From Clostridia bacterium (lineage in GTDB: Bacteria > Bacillota > Clostridia > Christensenellales > Aristaeellaceae): a stretch of DNA of 64,000 bases. Shown in pieces: positions 9,377-18,605 of this stretch; within the stretch, counting starts at the first letter, position 1, and each line of letters starts with the position of its first letter. The notes below the pieces were generated by a model, which was not told the origin of the DNA, did no database searches, and worked only from the letters and a program-made list of their open reading frames with translations. The position numbers and the translations under genes are program-made. The stretch spans positions 464-64,463 of the forward strand of contig JAFRHH010000010.1 of assembly GCA_017433405.1 (NCBI GenBank). The letters are read 5' to 3'.

Positions 9377-9951
9377 GCTGCTGCCTCCTTTCCCTGATGA
9401 ATCAGGGTTTGTTCTTCTTTCATGAGCCTGCATTTCCAGACGGCGTTCGCGATCAGCAGCGCCGTGCCGATCAGCAGAAGGCCGAAGATCACGTAGTGAA
9501 TATCGAACCAGAAGGTGGATTCCGTGTAAAGGGTTTTCTTTTTTGCTGCGTTTTCCGCCAGCGCGGTAAAGTCAATGGTCAGCCACTGGGCCTTGAAGGT
9601 TTCGATCTGGCCGTGGGCCCAGATGCTCAGGGCCACGCTGGCCACCGAGAAAAGGCCGATGGCACAGTAGTTTCCGATATAGTAGCGGCGCCGGCTCTGG
9701 GTGTTGGTGACAAACAGAAGCACCGCCAGCAGAATCAGTCCGATGGACGCGTGCAGGAGGTTCTGATTGAATCCCTGCATGTCCATATACACCTCCGCGC
9801 CGGAGATACTGGTTTTCCCGCGGCGGTAGGTGCTGTACAGCGAATCATAAAGGTCCGTCATGATTCCCAGCGAGTACACAAATACCACAGCGCTCAGAAT
9901 CAGCAGCGCCAGGCAGATGATCCTTTGAAGTTTCACTTGCTTTTTATACAT
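9373..9951 (-). CDS. Uncharacterised membrane protein (ABC operon accessory)
   Basis: About 4 TM segments; start MYKKQVK preceded by GAGGT/GAGGAG. Confidence 0.85.
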   Translation of the reverse strand: MYKKQVKLQRIICLALLILSAVVFVYSLGIMTDLYDSLYSTYRRGKTSISGAEVYMDMQGFNQNLLHASIGLILLAVLLFVTNTQSRRRYYIGNYCAIGLFSVASVALSIWAHGQIETFKAQWLTIDFTALAENAAKKKTLYTESTFWFDIHYVIFGLLLIGTALLIANAVWKCRLMKEEQTLIHQGKEAAA

Positions 9952-9962
9952 GATAGACCTCA

Positions 9963-10085
9963 CTCCTCTGTGAATGTCAGTTCACGTCTGTCATTCTGTC
10001 CGGATGACGATTTTGGTTCCGCTTCGCTGGCGCGTTCGCGGACAGCATCTGTCTCCCTGTGAACGTCGGTTCACGTTTGCCATTT
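9963..10085 (-). repeat. Dispersed repeat copy R5 (full unit plus head-to-tail start of a second unit)
   Basis: Full consensus, with the GTGAA hairpin recurring at 9970 and 10059 (period 89). Confidence 0.92.
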
Positions 10086-10145
10086 TCGGGAATCCCCCGG
10101 GAGGGGATTGCTCCCCTCCCGGAAGAATGGGTACCAGAAGGAATC

Positions 10146-12215
10146 TTACAGGGCCAGGGTCAGGAAGTAGACCAGCAGGTCTTCCCAGGCCAGTTCCTTA
10201 ATGTCGAGATACTGAGCGCCGCTCATGGTGGTCTTCACATATTCGGCGGCGGCTTCCGGAGAAGTCATGCCATCGAGGGTGAAGCCCTTGACGATGATGT
10301 CGATCAGGAGGTTCTCGCCGTCCTTGGCGGTAGAGAACTTCTCGGTCAGGTCGGTCAGGTTGCCCAGCGCCTGGTTGTCTTCCTTGGTGGTCGGCAGCAC
10401 GGTGGGCACGGAGGTGTACCAGGCATTCTCAGCCACAGCCAGCAGCGGGTGCTTGATGGTTCCCAGCCCGATGGCGGTGGAAATCTTGCCGGCGCCTTCC
10501 TTGCCAACCTCGTGCGTGCACTGATACTCGAAGGCCTGGCTCTTCATGAAGCTCAGGGTGGAGCCCAGGTACTGACGCGCGTAGTTGGTATAGTTGCCGC
10601 TGGCCTTCTCCCACAGCTCGGCGTAGGTGGCGTCCGCGATCACGGGCATTTCCTTGCCGTTGAAGATGAAGGTCTCGCCCGCCTTGCGGAAGGCTTCGGG
10701 GCCGTAGCTCATCATGATGGTGCCTTCATCGGAGTAGGCGTAGTCGATCAGGGTCAGGGCCGCGTTCAGCTTGTTGGTGTCGCTGCCGACGCCGGCCTTG
10801 GAGATTCCCCAGCCGTCGGTCTTCACGGACCGCCAGCTTTCGGTGAACCGCATGTAGACGCCGTCCTCATTGGTGCCGTCGAACCAGTGGGCCACGGGCA
10901 CCATCACCGCCATGTACTTTTCGCCCGCGGCGTTGTCCAGCTTGGTGGCGTTGTACACGGTCTGGGTCTGGTTGTAGTCATAGTGCATGAATCCGAGATC
11001 CTGCTCCAGGTAGTTCTCGGTCTTGACTTCCTCGTTGTTCACGAAGGCGGTGGAGATCAGGCCTTCCTCGACCAGGGCATGCATCCGGCCCAGGGCTTCG
11101 TAGGTGGCCACTTCCTGACGGGCGTCATGCAGATCGCCGTCGGTGCCCACATACAGGTAATCCTGACGGGACTCGAGGCCGCGGACGCCGAACAGGATGC
11201 CGGCGAAGCGGAACATGTCCGCGCGGCGGGCGGTGTTGTTTTCCTCACGGCTGAACAGGCCTTCGATCTTGTCGGTGCCGTTCAGGGTCTGGGGGTTGGC
11301 GACCACGCAGCGCAGCAGCGCCACAAGCTCGTCCGCGTCCCACGCGGCGTTCTGTCCGATGAACAGATCCGCACGGTTGGTGCCATAGTATCCGTTGTAC
11401 GCCTTGTCAATGTAGTCGCGCAGCATGTTGACGGCGGCGACACCGTCGATGGTGCCGGCGGCGTTCATGGTGGCGATGATGTTGCCGGCGGCGTCATAAT
11501 CCTTCGCGATGGTCTCAACGGCGCTGCCGTCGGCCTTCACGACATCGATCTCGACCTTGCCGGAGGTGGGCATGTAGGGCTGATAAACGGCAGCCTTCAG
11601 CTCCTTGGAAGCGTCGGCGGCAAAGGCGCCTTCGCCGTTGAGCAGCTTCTCCACCCAGTCCGTCCGCATCAGCGGCATCTTTTCGATGTCGTCCACGCCG
11701 TCGAAGTAGGGGCTGAAGTAGATCGCGCCGTTATCCACGTTGCCGGTGATGGACAGCCGGACGATGGGGTTGGCATCCAGATAGGCCTTGAAGTGGGGCA
11801 TCTGATCCAGATACTCGCCGATATTGACCAGCAGGCCGGCTTCGCCGTTCTCGCTCAGCTTCGCGGCGGTACCGGAAACCATGTCAACCTGGTCCAGCTG
11901 CTCTTTCCAGTAGTCGAACTCCTTCGTGGCGCTCTGGCCCTGATACTTGTCCTCGATGGAGATGCCCAGGAGATCCTGAACCGCCACCCAGGTGGGCTTG
12001 AAGTCGCCGGAGTGATAGGTCTTGCCATCCGCCAGGGTGACGCCTTCGCCAGCCACTTCGGGGTCAAAACGCAGACCGGTCTTGCTGTTGTTGTAGCCGA
12101 CAGCCATGCGCAGCACGGTGCCTTTTTCATAGGGCAGGGTGCTTTCAGCGCTGACCAGGCCGACCATGGAGAGAACCAGAGCCAGGGCCATTACCAGGGA
12201 AAGAACCTTTTTCAT
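10146..12215 (-). CDS. Extracellular solute-binding protein of the oligogalacturonide/pectin ABC importer
   Basis: Signal peptide, SBP-like motifs (MRTDWVEKL, IDYAYSDEG), strongly biased codons, next to two permeases. Confidence 0.85.
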   Translation of the reverse strand: MKKVLSLVMALALVLSMVGLVSAESTLPYEKGTVLRMAVGYNNSKTGLRFDPEVAGEGVTLADGKTYHSGDFKPTWVAVQDLLGISIEDKYQGQSATKEFDYWKEQLDQVDMVSGTAAKLSENGEAGLLVNIGEYLDQMPHFKAYLDANPIVRLSITGNVDNGAIYFSPYFDGVDDIEKMPLMRTDWVEKLLNGEGAFAADASKELKAAVYQPYMPTSGKVEIDVVKADGSAVETIAKDYDAAGNIIATMNAAGTIDGVAAVNMLRDYIDKAYNGYYGTNRADLFIGQNAAWDADELVALLRCVVANPQTLNGTDKIEGLFSREENNTARRADMFRFAGILFGVRGLESRQDYLYVGTDGDLHDARQEVATYEALGRMHALVEEGLISTAFVNNEEVKTENYLEQDLGFMHYDYNQTQTVYNATKLDNAAGEKYMAVMVPVAHWFDGTNEDGVYMRFTESWRSVKTDGWGISKAGVGSDTNKLNAALTLIDYAYSDEGTIMMSYGPEAFRKAGETFIFNGKEMPVIADATYAELWEKASGNYTNYARQYLGSTLSFMKSQAFEYQCTHEVGKEGAGKISTAIGLGTIKHPLLAVAENAWYTSVPTVLPTTKEDNQALGNLTDLTEKFSTAKDGENLLIDIIVKGFTLDGMTSPEAAAEYVKTTMSGAQYLDIKELAWEDLLVYFLTLAL

Positions 12216-12333
12216 CTTTGGGTATTCCTCCTTTTATATTTTGCGGAAGATCCCTTCCGCGGGAAAGCTTTGTAATGATAACTCCTTCACGATGCCTGCC
12301 TGCGCCCCCTGGCGAAGTGCGCGCTGCCATGAA

Positions 12334-12371
12334 GCCGAAGGGGTCTAAGGGGGCGATCGGAAAGCCCCCTT
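12334..12371. repeat. 38-bp hairpin repeat family B, copy 1
   Basis: GCCGAAGGGGTCTAAGGGGGCGATCGGAAAGCCCCCTT; 36/38 identical to 16059-16096. Confidence 0.85.
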
Positions 12372-12374
12372 CCC

Positions 12375-13265
12375 TTACTCTTTGACTCCGCCGGCGTTGG
12401 CGCCCTTGGCGAAGTACTTCTGAATGAAGGGGTAAATAATCAGGATCGGGATGATCGAGCAGACGATCAGGGCGTAGATCATGCTGTCCGGCGCGTAGAC
12501 CCGATTCCAGCCGGTCATCTGATCCGGATCCGTGTACATTTCCAGCTGCAGCCGGATGAAGACCTGCAGCGGATGCTCGTTCTGGTTGCTGATCATCTGC
12601 CGGGCCCAGAAGTATCCGTTCCAGCGGCTGATGGCGAAGAACAGGGCCACGGTGGCGATGGTGCTCTTGCTCATGGGGATATAGACCTTGCCCAGCACCT
12701 GCATCTCCGTCGCGCCGTCGACGATGGCGGCCTCCTCGATTTCCGAGGGCACGTTCTCAAAGGCGTTCCGCAGCAGGATGATGTTCATGGCCGCCATACC
12801 CATGGCGATGACCACCAGCCACTTGTCGTCCATGATCCCGACGGACTGGAAGACCTTCTGGGTTTCCAGATAGTTCAGGTACTGCGGGATAATACCCGCG
12901 CTGAACCACATGGTGAAGACCAGGAAGAAGTTGAAGGTTTTCCGGAACAGAAGCCGCTTCTTGCTCAGGGCGTAGCCGCCGAGGATTGAAACGCCCAGCG
13001 CCCAGATGGTTCCGTACAGGGTCAGGAACAGGGTGTTGGAGTAGGAATTCCAGAACATGTTATTCTGGAACATGCTGGAGAAGGCTTCGAACTGAACGTC
13101 CTTCGGGAACAGCACCACCTCGCTGTATTCCACCGCGTGCCGGCCGGAAATGGAGGCGGACACAGCATACACGAAGGGATACAGGCACATCAGGGCGAAA
13201 ACCGTCAGGAGGAAATAACTGAGAATCTTAAAGATCAGTTCGGAGATTTCCAGTTTTCTTTTCAT
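12375..13265 (-). CDS. Carbohydrate ABC permease (MalG/LplC-like)
   Basis: EAA loop EIEEAAIVDGA; C-terminal YPFIQKYFAKG...GGVKE. Confidence 0.93.
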   Translation of the reverse strand: MKRKLEISELIFKILSYFLLTVFALMCLYPFVYAVSASISGRHAVEYSEVVLFPKDVQFEAFSSMFQNNMFWNSYSNTLFLTLYGTIWALGVSILGGYALSKKRLLFRKTFNFFLVFTMWFSAGIIPQYLNYLETQKVFQSVGIMDDKWLVVIAMGMAAMNIILLRNAFENVPSEIEEAAIVDGATEMQVLGKVYIPMSKSTIATVALFFAISRWNGYFWARQMISNQNEHPLQVFIRLQLEMYTDPDQMTGWNRVYAPDSMIYALIVCSIIPILIIYPFIQKYFAKGANAGGVKE

Positions 13266-13281
13266 GCGAACCGCTCCCTTC

Positions 13282-14337
13282 TCAGTACAGCGAGGTATTG
13301 GCAGCTTTGCGGGCGATGGTGTTCGCGCCGATCACCAGCAGCATGCCGACCACATTATTCATCATTTCCGCCGCGCTGGCGATACCGGTTCCCGCGCCGC
13401 CGCCCAGGCCCGTCCGATAGGCCAGAGTGGAGATCACGTCCGCCGTCACATAAGTCTTGGTGTTGTACAGAAGCAGAACCTTTTCGTACCCGATGTTCAG
13501 CAGGCTGCCGATTCGGGTGATCAGCATGATGACGATGGTCGACAGAATGCTCGGCAGCACCACGTAGCGCATCTGGGCCCATTTGCCGGCGCCGTCGATC
13601 TGCGCCGCTTCATAGCTGGTAGGCGAAATCGCGATGATCGCCGCGAAATAGACGATACTGTCGTAGCCGGCGCCCTCCCAGATCCCGCTGATCTGGTAGA
13701 TCGCGCGGAAGAATCCGGGGTTGTTCAGAAGGCCGGCGTTTCCGACCTCCTCGGAAATCAGGCCCAGCTTGACCAGCGCCTGGCTGACGATACCCATCTG
13801 GCCGATGATGGAGCCCTGCTTGACCAGCAGCGCCACCAGAGATGTCATGACAACCGTCGACATGAACTTCGGCAGATAGGTCATCACCTGCAGAACGCTG
13901 CGCGTCGCGTTGGAGCGGACTTCATTGAAGAACAGCGCCAGGATGATCGGCATCGGGAAGCCGAAACACAGCCCGTAGAAGCTCAGCAGGAAGGTATTCC
14001 GCATCGCCATCCAGAAGCTCTGGCTCAGGCTGTCCCCGCCCACCAGCAGCCGCTTGAAATAGCTGAAGCCGGAGAAGAGCTGCTCGTTCACCGGCAGCAC
14101 CGCGTCCGTCACCTTGAAGCAGCCCAGCAGCTCGTACATGGGGAAGTACCGCCAGAACAGGAAGACCAGCAGCATCGGCACCAGCATCAGGTACAGCCGC
14201 CAGTCCTTGACAATGGTACGGCCCACGTTCAGCCAGTAATGCTTCTCCACATCGTCCCGAACCACCTGTTCCGGGTTTTCATGATAGGTGCCGCTGACCG
14301 GATCGAGAACCAGATAATCCGCCGCTCTCCCTTTCAT
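13282..14337 (-). CDS. Carbohydrate ABC permease (MalF/LplB-like)
   Basis: YEAAQIDGAGKW; FRAIYQISGIW; IGYEKVLLLYN. Confidence 0.93.
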   Translation of the reverse strand: MKGRAADYLVLDPVSGTYHENPEQVVRDDVEKHYWLNVGRTIVKDWRLYLMLVPMLLVFLFWRYFPMYELLGCFKVTDAVLPVNEQLFSGFSYFKRLLVGGDSLSQSFWMAMRNTFLLSFYGLCFGFPMPIILALFFNEVRSNATRSVLQVMTYLPKFMSTVVMTSLVALLVKQGSIIGQMGIVSQALVKLGLISEEVGNAGLLNNPGFFRAIYQISGIWEGAGYDSIVYFAAIIAISPTSYEAAQIDGAGKWAQMRYVVLPSILSTIVIMLITRIGSLLNIGYEKVLLLYNTKTYVTADVISTLAYRTGLGGGAGTGIASAAEMMNNVVGMLLVIGANTIARKAANTSLY

Positions 14338-14918
14338 TGAAATCCTCCTTTTTCCTCTTGCTGTTCATTCAGCCGCTTCAGATAGTGCTCCTGATCCTCC
14401 AGCATCCCGTCCAGCCGGGATACGATCCAGAGGATCGCGATCGTAAAGATATAGCTGATGACATCCGTTGTAATAAACCCCAGCGCCGCCGCGGGCGAAG
14501 CCCCGAAGATCAGGCTGATCAGCCCGCGCCCCACCTGCATGGAAAGGAGCAGCAGGCCGCCGAAGGCGATGATCCGCAGGATGTTCCCGTGGAGCCCCTG
14601 CCACCCCCAGGCCTTCAGCAGCGGATAAACCGCCAGCCCCGCCAGGTTTCCGACGCAGTAAATCGCGTACTGGGCGCCGGTTCCCCGCGAGGTCAGGACG
14701 AAGACGAGCCCGCCGATCACCGCGTGAATCCCGGCCCAGAGCCCCCACCGAACCATCACGATCCCCGTAATGGCCGCGACGGCGGAAACCGTCCAGGCCT
14801 CCTTCGGAAACCACTGGGTAGCCGCCCGGACGATGACGCTCTCAAAAACGATCAGCATCACGGCGAAAAGCGACAGGTCAATGACCCGGTATTTTTCCGC
14901 CGTTAAATGTCCGTACAC
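14334..14918 (-). CDS. Uncharacterised membrane protein, first gene of the ABC operon (loosely ECF S-component-like)
   Basis: About 6 hydrophobic segments; GTG start; ATGA overlap with the permease. Confidence 0.8.
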   Translation of the reverse strand: MYGHLTAEKYRVIDLSLFAVMLIVFESVIVRAATQWFPKEAWTVSAVAAITGIVMVRWGLWAGIHAVIGGLVFVLTSRGTGAQYAIYCVGNLAGLAVYPLLKAWGWQGLHGNILRIIAFGGLLLLSMQVGRGLISLIFGASPAAALGFITTDVISYIFTIAILWIVSRLDGMLEDQEHYLKRLNEQQEEKGGFQ

Positions 14919-15089
14919 GTTTCATCCCCCGGTCGATTGCAAAAAATGTCCCCAATTCATCCATTATTATACAGTCTTTGGGCAAGGAAAGTAAAGGGGG
15001 AAATCCGCCGAAACTGGCATTGAATCTCATGAAATATTGTCCGTACAAAACCATGATGATCGCGGATTTCCCCGTTTTCCTGTCCCCTG

Positions 15090-15183
15090 CTCCTCTGTGA
15101 ATGGTAGTTCACATCTGTCACTCTGCGACAGATGAATATTTTGGTACCGCTTCGCTGGCGCGTTCGCGGACAAAATCTGTCTC
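15090..15183 (-). repeat. Dispersed repeat copy R6 (full unit)
   Basis: ctcctctgtgaatggtagttcac...cgcttcgctggcgcgttcgcggacaaaatctgtctc; overlaps the kduD stop codon. Confidence 0.92.
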
Positions 15184-15979
15184 AGGGCTGCTTGCCGATA
15201 TAGGCCAGGATGCCGCCGTCGACATACAGGATGTGGCCGTTGACGAAGTTGCTGGCGTCGCTGGCCAGGAACACCGCCGGGCCCTGAAGATCCTCCGCCT
15301 GACCCCAGCGGGCGGCCGGCGTCTTGGCGATAATGAACTGGTCGAAGGGATGGCGGCTGCCGTCGGGCTGCCGCTCCCGCAGCGGCGCGGTCTGGGGCGT
15401 CGCGATATAGCCCGGTCCGATGCCGTTGCACTGGATGTTATGCCCGCCGTACTCGGAGCAGATGTTGCGGGTCAGCATCTTGAGACCGCCCTTGGCGGCG
15501 GCGTAGGCGGAAACGGTCTCCCGGCCCAGCTCGCTCATCATGCTGCAGATGTTGATAATCTTGCCGTGGCCCTTTTCGATCATGGAGGGGATCACGGCCT
15601 TGGCGCAGATGAAGGGCGCGTTCAGGTCCACGTCGATGACCTTGCGGAACTCCGCCGCGCTCATCTCGATCATGGGAATCCGGCGGATGATGCCGGCGTT
15701 GTTGACCAGGATGTCGATCACGCCGACTTCCTTTTCAATCTGCTTCACCAGGGCCTGCACGGCCTCCTCGTTGGTCACGTCGCAGACATAGCCTCTGGCG
15801 TCGATGCCCTTTTCGGCATAGGCGGCCAGCCCCTTGTCCACCAGCTCCTGATTGATGTCGTTAAAAACGATGGTCGCGCCCGCCGCGGCATAGGCCTCGG
15901 CGATGGCAAAGCCGATCCCGTAGCTGGCTCCGGTAATCCACGAGATTTTTCCCTTCAGGCTGAAAGCATTCATGTCCAT
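15182..15979 (-). CDS. kduD: Gluconate 5-dehydrogenase-family SDR, probably acting as 2-keto-3-deoxygluconate dehydrogenase
   Basis: TGASYGIG, NNAGII, YAAAK catalytic motif. The KduD role is inferred from adjacency to kduI. Confidence 0.85.
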   Translation of the reverse strand: MDMNAFSLKGKISWITGASYGIGFAIAEAYAAAGATIVFNDINQELVDKGLAAYAEKGIDARGYVCDVTNEEAVQALVKQIEKEVGVIDILVNNAGIIRRIPMIEMSAAEFRKVIDVDLNAPFICAKAVIPSMIEKGHGKIINICSMMSELGRETVSAYAAAKGGLKMLTRNICSEYGGHNIQCNGIGPGYIATPQTAPLRERQPDGSRHPFDQFIIAKTPAARWGQAEDLQGPAVFLASDASNFVNGHILYVDGGILAYIGKQP

Positions 15980-16058
15980 AGTCTTTTCCTCCTCTTATCC
16001 TTTTTCTTCTTCCGTATCGTTCTCAACAGGATCTGCTCCCCGCCCCCCCGTCCCGGAG

Positions 16059-16096
16059 GCCGAAGGGGTTGAAGGGGGCGATCGGAAAGCCCCCTT
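16059..16096. repeat. 38-bp hairpin repeat family B, copy 2
   Basis: GCCGAAGGGGTTGAAGGGGGCGATCGGAAAGCCCCCTT; overlaps the kduI stop codon. Confidence 0.85.
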
Positions 16097-16937
16097 ACCT
16101 CAGCTCCGTTGTCGGAATGGTATCCATATCGTCAAATTCCTGGTTCTCCCCGCCCATGGCCCAGATAAAGGTATAGTTGCTGGTGCCGGCGCCGGCGTGG
16201 ATCGACCAGCTGGGAGAAATCACCGCCTGCTCGTTCTGCATGACGATGTGGCGGGTTTCCTGCCCCTCTCCCATCATATGGAAGACCACGTTGTCCTTCG
16301 GTACCTCGAAATAGAAATACACTTCCATCCGGCGCTCGTGGGTATGGGCCGGCATCGTGTTCCAGACGGAGCCCACGTCCAGGGCGGTCATCCCCATGCT
16401 CAGCTGGCAGGTCTTCAGCACGGTGGGATGAATGAACTGATTGATGACCCGCTTGTTGCTGGTGGCCGCGTCGCCCACCGGCCGCTTGTTGGCGTCCTGG
16501 ATTTTGATCAGCTTGTTTTCATAGCTGCAATGAGCCGGCGCGGAAACGAGATAGAACTTGGCCGGCTTCTCCGAATCACAGCTCTGGAAGAGGACTTCCT
16601 TCGCGCCTTTCGTGATATAGAGGCAGTCCTTGTAGTCCAGCGCGTACACCGTTCCGTCCACGGTGACCTTCCCGGCGCCGCCGACATTGAACATGCCGCA
16701 CTCCCGGCGCTCGAGGAAGAACTTCGTCCCGAAGTTGTGCCAGATATCAATGCCCTTGTCGATGCTGACGGATTCCCGGACCGGCATGATCCCCATGGTG
16801 ACCATCCGGTCCACGTGGCTGTAGACCACCTCCACCGTATCCGGCGTGAAAAGTCTTTCGATCAGGAACTCCTTCCGGGTTTCCTCCGTCGTATAGCGCT
16901 TAAAGTCCCTCTGATTACAGCTGTAGCGAATATCCAT
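16095..16937 (-). CDS. kduI: 5-dehydro-4-deoxy-D-glucuronate isomerase
   Basis: WNTMPAHTHERRMEVYFYF, SPSWSIH, FIWAMGGENQ. Confidence 0.95.
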   Translation of the reverse strand: MDIRYSCNQRDFKRYTTEETRKEFLIERLFTPDTVEVVYSHVDRMVTMGIMPVRESVSIDKGIDIWHNFGTKFFLERRECGMFNVGGAGKVTVDGTVYALDYKDCLYITKGAKEVLFQSCDSEKPAKFYLVSAPAHCSYENKLIKIQDANKRPVGDAATSNKRVINQFIHPTVLKTCQLSMGMTALDVGSVWNTMPAHTHERRMEVYFYFEVPKDNVVFHMMGEGQETRHIVMQNEQAVISPSWSIHAGAGTSNYTFIWAMGGENQEFDDMDTIPTTELR

Positions 16938-16961
16938 CCTGTGTTTTCCCTCCACCCTTGA

Positions 16962-18512
16962 CTATTGAATGATTTCCTGAACTTCCTGCAGATCCAGCAG
17001 GGGCCCTTCTGCGCCGCTGACCCGGATCCCGGTCAGTTCCACCCGCTGGGCGAACTTGAGGATCAGGCCCCGCTTCCGGACCGGATCCACCCCCTCCGCC
17101 ATGGCGGGCTCCCGCATCTCCGCCGCGTCCTCGGCGAAATCGAAGGTGCTGTCCCGGATGGCCAGCTCCTCGACGGGCTGCTCCGGCAGCCCCAGCACGT
17201 ACGCCACGCAGCCCTGGCACCCGGTGGCCTTGACCCGCTCGAAGCGGATGCTGCCGATTCGGGGCGTGGACTCGTCGACGGCCTCGTGCTCCCGGCTCTG
17301 GACCCAGGCGCTGTGGCCGTCGGGATCGCAGAAGTACAGGGCGTTAATCACCAGCGGTACCTTGATATCCTTCATTCGAACCTGTTCGAAGAGGATATTG
17401 TCCACGACGCCGTCTTTGCCCCGGCCCCGTCGGGTCTTGATCCGAAGGGCCCGGTCGTTGCCCCGCATATAGCAGTGGTGGGCCCAGACGTTTCGCACGC
17501 CGCCGGCCATCTCGCTGCCGACGGTGACCCCGCCGTGCCCGTCCAGCATGGCGCACCAGCCGATCTCGATCTCCTCGCAGGGGATCCGGTATTTCCGGCC
17601 GATCTCGATCTTTCCCGCCTTGATGGCGATGCAGTCGTCGCCGACGGAAATCCGGCTGCCCAGCAGGCGAACCCTTGCGCAGCTCTCGGGATCGAAGCCG
17701 TCGGTGTTCGGGCTGTCCCAGGGGGCTTCGATCCGGATGTTCAGGAAGTCCAGACCCCGGCTCATGGTGGGATGCAGGTTCCAGGCGGGGCTGTTCCGGA
17801 AGGTCAGTCCCTGGACGGTGACCCGGCTGGAGCGCATCAGGAAAAGCAGGTTGCCCCGGGCCGCCCCGCGGATCTTCTTCGGTTCAATCCACCAGTCCCC
17901 GTCCTGCGCCCGGCCGTCGATGACTCCCTCGCCGATGACCGCCGTATCGGTGACCTCGATCCCCGTCAGCGCCGCGGCGTATCCGTTTCGTTCCTCCCCT
18001 TCCCACAGGCCCAGCAAAAGCTCGCCGTCGGCATTGCGGGCGGGCGTCCTGCCGGGCAGGATCGGAAAGGCGTTCCGGTCCGTCTTCAGGGCCAGGGTGG
18101 CGCCCTTCGCGATCTCCAGCGTCATATGGCTTTTCAGGAAGAGCGGCCCGGTGATATAGGTTCCCTCGGGCACCAGCACCCGCCCGTTCCGGGGGCAGGC
18201 CAGGATCGCCGCCTGCAGCATGGCCGTATCGTCCGCCTCGCCGTCGCCCCGGGCGCCGAAGTCCCGCGCGTTCAGGACGCAGGTTTCCTTCTTCGTCCGG
18301 AAGGTCACGTGCTCCGGATGGCCGGAGGCCGTTTCGCAGCCCAGGCTGTATTCCGTGTCCGGTTCGAGATCGAACAGGGAGGCGACGGATTTCGTTTCCT
18401 CCCGAAGGGGCTTCCCGTTCAGCGTCAGGGTCATGGGCTCCCGGGCCTCGTAGCGGCCTTCGGGATCCAGCAGCACCGTACAGCTGCGGGATGAAACATA
18501 AAGTGTCTTCAA
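16962..18512 (-). CDS. GH28 polygalacturonase (no signal peptide; probably a cytoplasmic exo-enzyme)
   Basis: SPNTDG, GDDCIAIK, GHGG and RIKT GH28 motifs; TTG start after GGAGGA. Confidence 0.92.
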   Translation of the reverse strand: MKTLYVSSRSCTVLLDPEGRYEAREPMTLTLNGKPLREETKSVASLFDLEPDTEYSLGCETASGHPEHVTFRTKKETCVLNARDFGARGDGEADDTAMLQAAILACPRNGRVLVPEGTYITGPLFLKSHMTLEIAKGATLALKTDRNAFPILPGRTPARNADGELLLGLWEGEERNGYAAALTGIEVTDTAVIGEGVIDGRAQDGDWWIEPKKIRGAARGNLLFLMRSSRVTVQGLTFRNSPAWNLHPTMSRGLDFLNIRIEAPWDSPNTDGFDPESCARVRLLGSRISVGDDCIAIKAGKIEIGRKYRIPCEEIEIGWCAMLDGHGGVTVGSEMAGGVRNVWAHHCYMRGNDRALRIKTRRGRGKDGVVDNILFEQVRMKDIKVPLVINALYFCDPDGHSAWVQSREHEAVDESTPRIGSIRFERVKATGCQGCVAYVLGLPEQPVEELAIRDSTFDFAEDAAEMREPAMAEGVDPVRKRGLILKFAQRVELTGIRVSGAEGPLLDLQEVQEIIQ

Positions 18513-18605
18513 GCTTCCTCCTTCGGGGCCCGCCTCCCGGTCAGGCACGTCCGTCTGAAAATCCCGGACCGAGCCTTCATCCCAGAATGGCCAGGGCACC
18601 GCCGA

